DNA of 59,534 nt, filler included, from 7 parts of 7 records of this genome joined end to end with filler, not necessarily neighbours in it, one strand, 5' to 3'; counted from the first letter of the whole stretch, positions 40,281-51,078 are shown. A program made the numbers and translations. Notes: generated by a model not told the origin, from the sequence alone.

Positions 40281-41033
40281 GTGAGCAAAGCAGTAGTAAT
40301 CATACCAACCTACAACGAGAAGGAGAACATTTCGAAAATAATTGATGCCGTTTTCAACCTTGAGCAAGGCTATCATGTATTAATTATTGACGATGGTTCA
40401 CCCGATGGAACTGCACAGATTGTAAAGGACAAAATTCCTGCATCTGATGGCAAACTTCATATTGTTGAGCGGCAGGGTAAACTTGGCTTAGGCACAGCCT
40501 ACATTCGTGGATTTGAATGGAGCCTGGAGCATGGTTACGATTATGTCTTTGAAATGGATGCCGATTTCTCCCACAACCCAAATGATTTACCTCGCTTATT
40601 GGCTGCTTGCGAAAAAGATGGCGCTGATGTAGCTATTGGATCACGTTATGTGTCAGGAGTAAACGTAGTTAACTGGCCAATGGGACGTGTGCTAATGTCA
40701 TACTACGCTTCAAAATATGTACGCATAGTAACCGGTTTAAAAATAAAAGATACCACTGCAGGCTTTAAATGCTACTCCAGTAAAGTTTTAAAAGCCATCA
40801 ACTTTGACGAAATCCGTTTCAAAGGGTATGCATTCCAAATTGAAATGAAATTTACAGCCCACAAAATTGGCTTCAAGGTAGTTGAAGTGCCTATCATTTT
40901 TACCGATCGTACAGAAGGAACCTCAAAAATGAGTGGTGGTATATTCAGCGAAGCTGTATTTGGCGTGCTGAGTATGAAAATCAGAAGCTGGTTTAAGAAC
41001 TACAAAAAACTGCATCCGGAATATAAGAGTTAG
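40281..41033 (+). CDS. Polyprenol monophosphomannose synthase (GT2, Dpm1-like)
   Basis: IIPTYNE, DDGSPDGT, EMDADFSH, IGSRY. Confidence 0.93.
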   Translation: MSKAVVIIPTYNEKENISKIIDAVFNLEQGYHVLIIDDGSPDGTAQIVKDKIPASDGKLHIVERQGKLGLGTAYIRGFEWSLEHGYDYVFEMDADFSHNPNDLPRLLAACEKDGADVAIGSRYVSGVNVVNWPMGRVLMSYYASKYVRIVTGLKIKDTTAGFKCYSSKVLKAINFDEIRFKGYAFQIEMKFTAHKIGFKVVEVPIIFTDRTEGTSKMSGGIFSEAVFGVLSMKIRSWFKNYKKLHPEYKS

Positions 41034-41057
41034 GTGTTTTGAGTATTGAGTTTTGAG

Positions 41058-41178
41058 CTAAGGGACTTGTGGGAACACAGAAACTAAAGAGAACACAGAG
41101 ACTAGAGAGAACTAAGAGACTTTAGGGACTTAAGGGAACTAAGTGACTAAAGAGAAGTAAGTGACTTTAGAGACCTTA
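41058..41178 (+). repeat. Degenerate 9-10-nt purine-rich tandem repeat
   Basis: AGGGACTT / AGAAACTAA / AGAGAACAC / AGAGACTAG / AGTGACTAA units. Confidence 0.6.
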
Positions 41179-41280
41179 ATTTGGAATTTGTATATATTAT
41201 TCTGGAATTTGATAATTGTGATTTTCTGCTTTATTCTTGCTAATTTTTACGGGGCAATGTATCTTTAAAAGAAAATTCAA

Positions 41281-42642
41281 ATGCAAAAGATACTGCTCAC
41301 CAATGCCCAAATTATAAACGAAGGACAATCATTCAAGGGGCATGTATTAATCGAAGATAATATTATAAAAACGGTTTCTGAAGATCCTATCCAGGAAACT
41401 GATGCTAAAGTTATTGACGCTGAGGGAAAATGGCTCCTTCCCGGAGTTATTGACGATCAGGTGCATTTCAGAGAACCGGGATTAACACATAAAGCAACTA
41501 TTGCAACCGAATCGAGAGCTGCTGTAGCCGGTGGTATTACATCATTCATGGAAATGCCCAATACCAACCCACAAACGGTCACGCTTGAAGCACTTGAAGA
41601 TAAATTTAAAATTGCAGATGAAGTGTCACCTGCTAATTTCTCTTTCTATTTTGGCGCTACCAATACCAATACCGACCTGCTTAAAAAACTTGATGCTACA
41701 AAAGTATGTGGCGTTAAAGTATTCATGGGTTCCTCTACCGGAAATATGTTGGTTGATGACGACAAAGCATTAGAAGCTATTTTTAAAGAGAGCCCCGTAC
41801 TTATTGCCACACATTGTGAAGATGAATCAACAATTCAGCAAAACATGGCCAAAGCCAAAGCAGAATTTGGTGACAATATTCCATTTCACAAACATCCTGA
41901 AATACGTAGTGCTGAAGCATGTTATCTATCAAGTTCTAAAGCAGTTGAGCTGGCCATTAAAACCGGCGCAAGATTGCATGTATTGCATTTAAGTACTGCC
42001 AAAGAGATGTCGCTGTTTGCAGCCGGACATGTTTGCGACAAAAAAATTACAGCTGAAGGTTGTGTCCATCATTTTTGGTTCGATGATAGTCAATATGAAG
42101 AAAAGGGCAGTATGATTAAATGGAATCCTGCTATCAAATCACAATTTGATAGAGACGCTCTGCGTAAAGCATTATACGAGGGCCGTATTGATGTAATTGC
42201 TACTGACCATGCTCCTCATACTCTTGAAGAGAAAAAAGGATCATACACCACAGCACCTTCAGGCGGACCACTGGTACAACATTCACTGGTTACTATGCTG
42301 GAAATGGCTCACCAGGGCATTTTCACTCCTGAAATGGTTGTTGAAAAAATGTGTCATAACCCAGCCAGATTATTCCAAATTGACCGCAGAGGTTTTATCC
42401 GTGAAGGGTTTTATGCAGATATAGTGCTTGTTGACCCAAAAAATAGCTGGACCGTTTCAAAAGAAAACATCCTTTACAAATGTGGTTGGTCCCCATTTGA
42501 AGGACAACAATTTCAATCAAAAGTGACCCACACAATTGTTAATGGTCAGCTGGTATATGAAAATGGCACACTTCATGATTTAAATGCAGGAGTTTCACTG
42601 GAATTTAATCGACTTAAAAAACATGCGAGTTCTATTTGCTGA
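41281..42642 (+). CDS. pyrC: Dihydroorotase (type I)
   Basis: DQVHFREPG, EMPNT, VKVFMGSSTG, IKWNP, ATDHAPH. Confidence 0.94.
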   Translation: MQKILLTNAQIINEGQSFKGHVLIEDNIIKTVSEDPIQETDAKVIDAEGKWLLPGVIDDQVHFREPGLTHKATIATESRAAVAGGITSFMEMPNTNPQTVTLEALEDKFKIADEVSPANFSFYFGATNTNTDLLKKLDATKVCGVKVFMGSSTGNMLVDDDKALEAIFKESPVLIATHCEDESTIQQNMAKAKAEFGDNIPFHKHPEIRSAEACYLSSSKAVELAIKTGARLHVLHLSTAKEMSLFAAGHVCDKKITAEGCVHHFWFDDSQYEEKGSMIKWNPAIKSQFDRDALRKALYEGRIDVIATDHAPHTLEEKKGSYTTAPSGGPLVQHSLVTMLEMAHQGIFTPEMVVEKMCHNPARLFQIDRRGFIREGFYADIVLVDPKNSWTVSKENILYKCGWSPFEGQQFQSKVTHTIVNGQLVYENGTLHDLNAGVSLEFNRLKKHASSIC

Positions 42643-43573
42643 TTGCACACATCCATCATTACCGGAGTTATTTATTGAAGCGGGATATGAGGTACATGAA
42701 AATAAATGTTCCAATAAGGAAGAATGCCTTCACATCATTGATCAATACGATGGGATCATTATTCGAAGCAAATTCATTATAGATGATCCGTTTTTAGAAA
42801 AAGCCACAAAACTCAAATTTATTGGCCGTGTTGGTGCGGGGATGGAGAATATTGATGTGGAAGCTGCCGAAAAGCGCCGTATCAAATGCTTCAACAGCCC
42901 TGAAGGAAACCGCGATGCTGTGGGTGAACAAGCATTGGGAATGCTTTTAGCTCTACAAAACAATCTCATTCGTGCCAACGCTGAGGTTAAAAATGGCATT
43001 TGGAAAAGAGAAGAAAACCGTGGCATTGAGATAAAAGGTAAAACTTTGGGCATTATTGGATTCGGAAACATGGGAAGCACCTTTGCCAAAAAATTACAAG
43101 GTATGGAAATGCAAATTCTGGCCTACGATAAATACAAAACCAATTACGCTCCTGACTATGTCAAAGAAACAACTCTTGAAGAATTACTCGAGCAATGCGA
43201 TATTTTAAGTTTTCATGTGCCCCTAACCGAGGAAACCTGTTTCATGATAAATGATGATTTCCTTAACAGGGTTGCTAAACCTGTTGTAATAATTAATACT
43301 GCAAGAGGCAAAATTTTGAAAACTTCTGCATTAGTTAACGCCATGAAATCAGGTAAAGTAACCGGTGCTTGCCTGGATGTATTAGAATACGAAGCCACCT
43401 CTTTTGAGAATTTATTTGAAGAGAAACTTCCGGAGCCATTTGAATTTCTAAAAAACAGCGATCGGGTAATTCTATCGCCTCACATAGCTGGCTGGACGCA
43501 TGAATCAAATGTTAAGCTATCATCAATGCTGGCTGAGAAAATTATTGAGTATATGAAAGGATCTGAGATCTAG
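42623..43573 (+). CDS. D-2-hydroxyacid dehydrogenase (SerA-like)
   Basis: GIIGFGNMG, HVPLT, INTARG, LDV.E.E, SPHIAG; ATG at 42623. Confidence 0.9.
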   Translation: MRVLFADCTHPSLPELFIEAGYEVHENKCSNKEECLHIIDQYDGIIIRSKFIIDDPFLEKATKLKFIGRVGAGMENIDVEAAEKRRIKCFNSPEGNRDAVGEQALGMLLALQNNLIRANAEVKNGIWKREENRGIEIKGKTLGIIGFGNMGSTFAKKLQGMEMQILAYDKYKTNYAPDYVKETTLEELLEQCDILSFHVPLTEETCFMINDDFLNRVAKPVVIINTARGKILKTSALVNAMKSGKVTGACLDVLEYEATSFENLFEEKLPEPFEFLKNSDRVILSPHIAGWTHESNVKLSSMLAEKIIEYMKGSEI

Positions 43574-44144
43574 GATTTTGGATATTGGATATGGATCTTC
43601 CCTGATTCGGACCCTGAGCATGGTCGAAGGGGAGTTAACCGAATTTAATTATTAAGGATTAATGCTTAATTATTAATTTATACGTATACAGAAAATATTA
43701 GTATTTTAATATTCTGTTAAGGCAATATTACTTGTGACGAAATCAGTGTGAAAACGTATCAATAAACATTTTAAAATCGTTCAGTGATGAATTTCACAGG
43801 ACATAATAACTTGTCTGAAGGGATGAGAATATAAATAAAATCAGCAAAATCAGTTTTTATAAGTGCAAATCTGTGTCTAAAACTTAATTTTTAAAAAGAC
43901 GCAGATTAAACTGATTAAGAATGATAAGATTAAAGCTAGTTTTTAAAACAGTTTAATCTAATCAGGGACGGTCAAAAATCATGAATCATATATCTCAGAT
44001 CTAATATCCAAGATCACGCACCAACTCCCTATCCTACATGATTTTAAGGATATGACTTATTTCGTCAAAAAAGAAATTAAAACAAGCATTTAATTAAATT
44101 TCTGGATTATATTTACTGCATGTATTACTTTCTATTTTATATCG

Positions 44145-44720
44145 ATGTTGCTTATAATTGACAACCAAAGTGCTTTTATTAAAAAGTTCAAAAGGCAATA
44201 TCTTGCGGAGCAAGATTTTGACTATGTATTCTTCGATCACAACCAACCTATTACGCTTTCCAGCAAAACTAAAATTACAGGTATTATTCTTTCAGGTGGT
44301 AAAGGCAACCCTTACGAACCGCTAAATCTCACCACAAATTATGTAGCTATGATGAATTTCAATGTTCCCATACTTGGCTTTTGCCTCGGACATGAAATCA
44401 TTGCAGTTGGATATCGTGGCAGAATTAAAAAAATGTCTGAATACCATGGTAAAAAAGAAATTGTGACCATCACAAAACCTGAAGACCCTATTTTTAGTGG
44501 TTTGAATAAAAACGAAATTTCTTTGGTGAAGCGTCATTCTTTTTATGTGTCTGAACTACCCTCAACCTTTGAATCTCTTGCTGTTTCAGACACCTGTGAA
44601 ACAGAAATCATTAAACACAAAACAAAACCTATTTACGGATTTCAATCGCATCCTGAGGTTTCTGGCCCTGATGGTCTTTTGATGGTCGAGAATTTTCTCA
44701 AAATGTGTAAGATTTTATAA
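44145..44720 (+). CDS. Class I glutamine amidotransferase (stand-alone)
   Basis: IIDNQS, ILSGG, GFCLGHE nucleophile Cys, FQSHPE His-Glu. Confidence 0.9.
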   Translation: MLLIIDNQSAFIKKFKRQYLAEQDFDYVFFDHNQPITLSSKTKITGIILSGGKGNPYEPLNLTTNYVAMMNFNVPILGFCLGHEIIAVGYRGRIKKMSEYHGKKEIVTITKPEDPIFSGLNKNEISLVKRHSFYVSELPSTFESLAVSDTCETEIIKHKTKPIYGFQSHPEVSGPDGLLMVENFLKMCKIL

Positions 44721-44728
44721 AATAAAGA

Positions 44729-46876
44729 ATGAAAGTTGCCATAATATACAATAAGGACATTCAGGGAGTGATCAATACTTTCGGGATGCAGAGTAAAGAA
44801 TTTTACAACGAAAAAACTGTTCACCGTGTTGCTCAAAGCCTTGAAAAAGGAGGTCACAACGTAACCATTTTGGATGGAAATAAAAAAATAATTGAACGGC
44901 TGGAAAATTTCATGCCTCGGGTTATTGACGGCGAACAAATGGGTATGGTGTTCAATATGGCTTATGGTATTCAGGGAGAAAGCCGTTACACCCATATTCC
45001 TTCCATGTTAGAAATGCTTGGAATACCTTATGTGGGGTCAAATCCATCAGGACATGCACTGGCATTAGATAAAGTATTGACCAAAATTATTTGGAAAAAC
45101 AACAACTTGCCTACCCCCGATTTTTGGGTATTCAATTCCCCAGATGAAGACTTGAGTGATGTAAAATATCCAGTCATTGTGAAACCAAAAATGGAAAGTG
45201 TTTCATTTGGTTTAAAAGTGGTATATGAAGAAAAAGAACTTAAAGAAGCCATTAAATTCATCACCGAAGAATTTAGCCAACAAGCTCTTGTTGAGCAGTT
45301 TATAAGAGGTCGTGAATTTGCAGTAGGCATTTTGGGAAATTCACCGTCTGAAACATTTCCCGTGCTTGAAATTGACTTAAATGGAGATCCGGACGCCATA
45401 CAAACGGTCGACGATAAAAAACACAACCCAAAGCAAAAAATATGTCCAGCCAAAATATCCCCTGAATTGGCAGAAAAGATGCAAAAGTTGAGTATAGAAG
45501 CTTTCAAAGCACTGAACTTACGTGACTTTTCAAGGGTTGATATACGTTTAGATGAAAACGAAAACATATACCTGCTTGAAATTAACTCCATGGCCAGTTT
45601 AGGTGCAAGTGGCTCATACCCAACTGCTGCAAAATCTGCAGGTTACGACTTCGATGCGCTTGTTAACAGAATATTGGATGTAGCTTCAGTTAGATATTTT
45701 TCAAACTCTATTATGACACAGCTGCCTGGCGAAGTTGGTAAGCTCAAAACGCCATTGCATGCCCGTATGAGCACTTTTCTCAAAACACGCCAACAACAAA
45801 CTGAAAAACTGCTTAAAAAACTTGTTGATATAAATGCACATGTTCGCAATGCAAAAGGAGTTAACAAATGCAGCGAGATTATTAATGCTGAACTAAGTCA
45901 TTTAGGATTCAGCCACGAAGTTTATCCTCAATTAGAAGTTGGAAATATTCTCTATTTTACGAACGCAGTTAATCAAAAAGTGGATTATTTAATCCTGCTG
46001 CCAATAGACTCTAATGTGAAACTGGCTCGTCATGAAAATTACTCAGAAAACGAGCAATATTTAGAAGGTACAGGTATTTGGGAAAATAAAGGAGGTGCGG
46101 CCATTTTAATATCAGCCTTGCAATCATTACGCTTTATTCGCCAATTGAAAAAAAGAAAAATTGGTATTCTACTTACCACAGATGCTACAATAGATGGAAG
46201 ATATTCAAAAGCAATCATACAGCGAAAAGCTGATATGGCCGATAAGATTATTTCAATTAGTGGGTCAGCAAAAAACGGCGGACTAGTGCTTTCTCGCTCT
46301 GGTTCAGCGTCATATAGATTTGAATCGAAACTAATAGATAAATCAAATGCAGAAAATGTTTCGCTCACTGCCATGCATTTCAATAAAACGCTAGCAGCCA
46401 TCACAGATATTTCCAAAAACGATAAAGAAAACGTAATTGCGCCATACGATATTGAATTCCAAAGTAATATTTTCAAAACAACTGCACATGGAACTGCAGG
46501 TATTAGCGTACGATTCAATTCAAAAGAAGAATTAGAGAAAATAGAGCAAAAAATCAAAAAGATCATCACTCCCCAAAAACGAAATAAAACGTACCAGGTT
46601 CAATTTGAAGGAGGCCAGCGCAGACCAGCAATGGAAGCAACAGAAGAAAACACAGCTTTTTACCAGGAAATTTTAAAAATTACTAAATCAATAGATGTTC
46701 GAATTTCAAAAGAGCACCGTTGGAGTTCTTCAGATATTTGTCATATTGAAAACAACAAACCTAAAATTGATGGTTTGGGACCTGTCGGTGAATTTTTACC
46801 GTCAAACAATGAACGGATTATTCGACATAGCTTAATTGAGAGGGCATTGTTGTTGGCGTTGGTATTGAAATCGTAG
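44729..46876 (+). CDS. D-Ala-D-Ala-ligase-like ATP-grasp fused to degenerate M20 peptidase domain
   Basis: LEMLGIPYVGS, IVKP, EQFIRGREF, RVDIR, LEINS; C-terminal M20-like GTGIWENKGG and DGLGPVG. Confidence 0.85.
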   Translation: MKVAIIYNKDIQGVINTFGMQSKEFYNEKTVHRVAQSLEKGGHNVTILDGNKKIIERLENFMPRVIDGEQMGMVFNMAYGIQGESRYTHIPSMLEMLGIPYVGSNPSGHALALDKVLTKIIWKNNNLPTPDFWVFNSPDEDLSDVKYPVIVKPKMESVSFGLKVVYEEKELKEAIKFITEEFSQQALVEQFIRGREFAVGILGNSPSETFPVLEIDLNGDPDAIQTVDDKKHNPKQKICPAKISPELAEKMQKLSIEAFKALNLRDFSRVDIRLDENENIYLLEINSMASLGASGSYPTAAKSAGYDFDALVNRILDVASVRYFSNSIMTQLPGEVGKLKTPLHARMSTFLKTRQQQTEKLLKKLVDINAHVRNAKGVNKCSEIINAELSHLGFSHEVYPQLEVGNILYFTNAVNQKVDYLILLPIDSNVKLARHENYSENEQYLEGTGIWENKGGAAILISALQSLRFIRQLKKRKIGILLTTDATIDGRYSKAIIQRKADMADKIISISGSAKNGGLVLSRSGSASYRFESKLIDKSNAENVSLTAMHFNKTLAAITDISKNDKENVIAPYDIEFQSNIFKTTAHGTAGISVRFNSKEELEKIEQKIKKIITPQKRNKTYQVQFEGGQRRPAMEATEENTAFYQEILKITKSIDVRISKEHRWSSSDICHIENNKPKIDGLGPVGEFLPSNNERIIRHSLIERALLLALVLKS

Positions 46877-47065
46877 GCTTTATGTTAATTGGTTGATTTG
46901 TTTTAGTATAAAAGACAAAAGGAAAAAGATAAAAAATGGTTTAACCACAAGAAACACGAAGGAGGCACAAGGCACACAAAGTTTGGAGATTTTAAGGTTG
47001 ATAGGTTGATTCAGAGTTTGGGTTAATTGAGTTAATTAGTTTAAAAGTTGTGCATGTAATTTAAT

Positions 47066-47153
47066 GATAATCCTGAAGGGATTAAATCATTTTAACCTCG
47101 GGTAAACGTCTTTGCACATTTGAGTGAAGCGAAAATGAGAGTGCCACCCAAGG
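47066..47153 (+). repeat. 88-bp REP-like dispersed repeat, copy 1
   Basis: 81/88 identical to 51147-51234 by manual alignment. Confidence 0.9.
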
Positions 47154-47292
47154 ATAATATAAAATAGCAATAATCGCCGCTTTTCGATAAAATTTGTAAA
47201 CGAGACTACACTAGCGGCGAAAAATTAAGAGCGAATTATTTACCACAGCTTAATTGAATGAGCATTGTTAATGGGGCTGGTATTGAAAGCAT

Positions 47293-47323
47293 AAAAAAAG
47301 GCTCATGTTATATTCATGAGCCT
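47293..47323 (-). terminator. Intrinsic terminator
   Basis: Minus strand AAGGCTCATG...CATGAGCCTT followed by T run. Confidence 0.85.
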
Positions 47324-47334
47324 TCTAATATTTA

Positions 47335-48351
47335 TTACACGTCCTGAAAATCAGGTGTTTTTAACAGCTCGTTATATTTATCAATTCTTTTTTGGTCTTT
47401 TTCGTCTCCTTTTTTGAAAAAGCTTTCCTCGCTATATTTACTATCCATTTTCTTTAGCTGGGTAGCATAATAATTATAAATTTTATAGTTCTCTATTAAG
47501 AAATAAGCGGTTGACAGATTTTGATAAATTATTGCATTTACGTTCTGGTTAATTCTGGCTTTCTTATTCTCTATTTTTTGAGTTCTAGCATTATTTTTCC
47601 AGATTTCAATAGCAGGAGTTACTGCTTTTTGAAATACCTCCAGGTTTTTATCTTTTGAATAGTTTGATATAGCATCAGAAGCAATTTTTTGTGCTTTGTT
47701 TAAATCAGCATAATCATACTTCTTGAACTTGGAAACAGTATAAATTTTAAGAGCCCTTTGTGCATTGTATCGCATAAATTGATCATTTAATCGATCATTT
47801 AATTTATGATCCAGCACCTGATCAACAATTTCTTTCACTTTATCTTTACGCGCCCATGTGTCAATTTTAGCTCTGGCTTCAACAGCCGACCCAGCCTGCA
47901 CCTCTAATGTGCTTTTCTCAACCAAGCTACCGGAATAATATTGGTGGCGTATATATGTTCCATTTTCTTCCTTATACCCATATATGGAATAATCAACCTG
48001 ATACGTAATGTACTCATATCCAAAAAACGTAGTATAACCCTTAACGACTTTTTTAGTTTTGCCCGGTTTTGATGTTGCGTTTTTAAAAGTCAATTCGACT
48101 TCGATGGTACTTTTTTTATCCGTAATCGTCTGAACTTTGGTCATTCCCTCCAGGTCTAAATTAAGTTTTCCTTCAATAGATTGGTGACCACTTTCAACTG
48201 TTGAATTTACGATATAGCTGATAAATCTGGGTGGAATTGGTTTTTCAGGATAATGTTGTAATGTAAATTGAATATTTTGTGATTCAATTTTTTGAGCATA
48301 ACCAAAAAATGGCAATGCAAATGCCAATAGGATAATAATAAGATTTTTCAT
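47335..48351 (-). CDS. Hypothetical secreted protein
   Basis: Signal peptide ending GYA-Q; TAAATTTG -7 element at 48386-48393. Confidence 0.8.
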   Translation of the reverse strand: MKNLIIILLAFALPFFGYAQKIESQNIQFTLQHYPEKPIPPRFISYIVNSTVESGHQSIEGKLNLDLEGMTKVQTITDKKSTIEVELTFKNATSKPGKTKKVVKGYTTFFGYEYITYQVDYSIYGYKEENGTYIRHQYYSGSLVEKSTLEVQAGSAVEARAKIDTWARKDKVKEIVDQVLDHKLNDRLNDQFMRYNAQRALKIYTVSKFKKYDYADLNKAQKIASDAISNYSKDKNLEVFQKAVTPAIEIWKNNARTQKIENKKARINQNVNAIIYQNLSTAYFLIENYKIYNYYATQLKKMDSKYSEESFFKKGDEKDQKRIDKYNELLKTPDFQDV

Positions 48352-48535
48352 TTTAATAAAGTTTACATTTAGATTTTAAAGCTGGCAAATTTAGCATTTT
48401 TGAAAAATTCCATAAAATAATTCACATTTTTTCACACTCCCATTAAACCTTTTGCATTATCCGCAATCGAACAATTATTGTTTAACAGAATTAATAATTG
48501 ATTTACCACTTATTTTTGAAAAATTTTTCACACTA

Positions 48536-51010
48536 ATGAACATCACAATGCAAAGAATTTTACCCGTTTTAACCTTTATGTTTCTTACGCTAACTTTAAC
48601 TGCCCAACCTCCGCATGGAAGAGGTCGTGGGCCTGGGGGTATGGGACCAGAAGGCTTGCCTTCATCCGGAATTATGGGAAGAGTTATTGACGCTCAAACC
48701 AAGCAGCCCGTTGAATATGCTAATGTGGCAATTTTTAATGCCGAAGACTCTATTTTAGTAAATGGTGGTATTACCAATGACAAAGGTTTTTTCGTTATCA
48801 GAAAAGTAAAACCCGGAGTTTACAATATGCGCGTGAAATTTATTGGCTATAAAAGTCATACCGTATATAAAATTGAAGTTACAGATGAAAATCCTTTGGT
48901 CCGATTTAGAGGTATTCAGCTGCACCCTGCCAATATCGAACTAGAAGGCGTAACCGTTACAGCCAAACAGGAAGAAGTTGTTTACAAAATAGATAAACGT
49001 GTAGTAAATGTAAGCGAAAACATCAACACAGTAGGGGGAACAGCTGTTGATGCACTGGAAAACACACCCGGAATTGAAGTAGACATAGACGGTAATGTAT
49101 CTATCCGCGGAAGCGATAATTTCACCGTTTTAATCGATGGTAAACCAACTGCCATGAGTGGTAATGACGCACTGCAGCAAATACCCGCCAGCAGCATCAA
49201 AGAAATTGAGATAATCACGAATCCTTCTGCTAAATATGACCCTGATGGGTTAACCGGAATTCTAAATATCATTTTGAAAAAAGATGAGAAAGGTGGTTTG
49301 AATGGGCAGGTAAGCGCCACTGTGGGAACGCAAGACCAATACAATGCCGGTTTAAGTTTAAATTACCGCAAAGGCAAAATGAATCTGGTTGGAGGATACG
49401 ATTTTCGTCAGGGTGGACGCAACGGTAATTCAGAATCATATTATACATATTTTAATGATGCTCGTGATTCGCTAAATTATAGAGATGAAGACGGAAAGCG
49501 CGGACATGAAAGAATAAACCACAGTATTAATGCAGGCATTGATTATGATTTTAATGATTTCAATTTTCTTTCTGTAAATGGCCGTTTCAGAATTGGCGAA
49601 CGAAACCGTATGAATGAGAGTTTTTATAATGAATATACTAGTTACGATTTAACCGACATTGATTATTTCTCGATAGGAGATAATCAAGATGATGAAACAT
49701 CATACGAAATTTCCAGTTCATTCATTCATAGGTTTAATGAAGAAGAACATGAAATAAAAATTATGGCAAGCTATTCTGCCGAAGATCAAAATGAAAAGGC
49801 TTATACCAGGAAAGATTTGCTTGGAATACCAGTTATCCTTTTAGACGAAACATTAACCGAAACTGTAGAAAAACATCAACATGGTACGTTTCAGGTTGAT
49901 TATACATTACCAATAGGATCAAATAAAATTGAAGCGGGAATGAAATCATCATTAAGAGATATAGCTTATGATCAAACCGGGGATATAATTAACTCTGTGC
50001 CGGGAGCCTTATCCAATGAATTTGTTTACAACGAAGGAATACACGCTGTTTACGGTATGCTTTCCGGACCACTAGGTGGTTTGGAATACCAACTTGGTTT
50101 GCGTGGTGAATATTCAAGGGTTTATACAGAACAGAAATCAACAAATGAAACCAATACAAAAGAAATATTTACCGTTTATCCAACCTTGCACTTTAGCTAT
50201 GAAATAAATAAAAAGAACAAATTTATGGCTGGGTATAGCCGAAGAGTGCATCGCCCGAGAACCTATTACTTAAACCCTTATGTAACACCTTCTGACGGAT
50301 TTATTGTTAGAAAAGGAAATCCTGATCTTGATCCTGAATATGCTCATAGTGTTGAGGTTAACTATTTGAAATATTTTGAAAATTCATTCCTGAACGTTAC
50401 CACGTTTTACCGTCAAACTGATAACAATATCGGAAGAATTAATGTCCCTCTCACAGAAGATACTACATTGCTTACTTTTGAAAACATCAATCGTGAAACA
50501 TCTCTTGGAGTAGAAGTAAGCGCAAGACACAAATTCAAAAAATGGGTGAGTTTGAATGTTAGTTATTCATTCTTCCGTTATACAATTGATGGTGAAGCGC
50601 TAGGTGAAGATCTGTCGAACGAAAGTATGAACCATAAAATACGTGCTAATGCAGATATTAAGATCGGGCGAAATATCCGTTTGTCGGCATTTGGAATGTA
50701 TTTCTCTCCTAGTGCCACTTCGCAGGGAGAGCGTGAGGCGTTTTATTTCACTGGATTTGGATATAAACACACATTCTTCGATCAAAAACTAACACTTTCA
50801 GCAAGGATCAGAAATCCATTTGGTAATTTCCAATGGAGATTTACATCAAGAGGAACCAATTTCGAAAACGAATATATTCGCAGACCTGATTTCCCACAAT
50901 TTAATGTTGGCTTAACTTACCGATTTGGAGAACAAACCAAACGACGTAAGATGGGAACTGAAGAGGGCGGAACACGCGAAGATTTTAATGAAGGAATGAC
51001 CGTAGATTAA
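48536..51010 (+). CDS. TonB-dependent receptor / outer membrane beta-barrel family protein
   Basis: Signal peptide, CarbopepD_reg-like domain, EIITNPSAKYDPDG plug motif, GNPDLDPE; ATG at 48536. Confidence 0.9.
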   Translation: MNITMQRILPVLTFMFLTLTLTAQPPHGRGRGPGGMGPEGLPSSGIMGRVIDAQTKQPVEYANVAIFNAEDSILVNGGITNDKGFFVIRKVKPGVYNMRVKFIGYKSHTVYKIEVTDENPLVRFRGIQLHPANIELEGVTVTAKQEEVVYKIDKRVVNVSENINTVGGTAVDALENTPGIEVDIDGNVSIRGSDNFTVLIDGKPTAMSGNDALQQIPASSIKEIEIITNPSAKYDPDGLTGILNIILKKDEKGGLNGQVSATVGTQDQYNAGLSLNYRKGKMNLVGGYDFRQGGRNGNSESYYTYFNDARDSLNYRDEDGKRGHERINHSINAGIDYDFNDFNFLSVNGRFRIGERNRMNESFYNEYTSYDLTDIDYFSIGDNQDDETSYEISSSFIHRFNEEEHEIKIMASYSAEDQNEKAYTRKDLLGIPVILLDETLTETVEKHQHGTFQVDYTLPIGSNKIEAGMKSSLRDIAYDQTGDIINSVPGALSNEFVYNEGIHAVYGMLSGPLGGLEYQLGLRGEYSRVYTEQKSTNETNTKEIFTVYPTLHFSYEINKKNKFMAGYSRRVHRPRTYYLNPYVTPSDGFIVRKGNPDLDPEYAHSVEVNYLKYFENSFLNVTTFYRQTDNNIGRINVPLTEDTTLLTFENINRETSLGVEVSARHKFKKWVSLNVSYSFFRYTIDGEALGEDLSNESMNHKIRANADIKIGRNIRLSAFGMYFSPSATSQGEREAFYFTGFGYKHTFFDQKLTLSARIRNPFGNFQWRFTSRGTNFENEYIRRPDFPQFNVGLTYRFGEQTKRRKMGTEEGGTREDFNEGMTVD

Positions 51011-51045
51011 TGGTCTATTTAGTATAAGTATTGCAACAATTGAAA

Positions 51046-51078
51046 TCCGGTGGCAGTTTTGTCGCCGGGTTTTTTTTT
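51046..51078 (+). terminator. Intrinsic terminator
   Basis: CCGGTGGCAG-TT-TTGTCGCCGG followed by T9. Confidence 0.85.

Noticed and set aside
41034-41180. Possible CRISPR array
   Set aside because: Units are 9-10 nt, degenerate and have no spacers; no cas genes in view
44729-45750. VanA-type vancomycin-resistance ligase or housekeeping ddl
   Set aside because: Lacks the GG.S.E N-terminal motif and canonical omega loop, is fused to an M20 domain, and no van genes are adjacent
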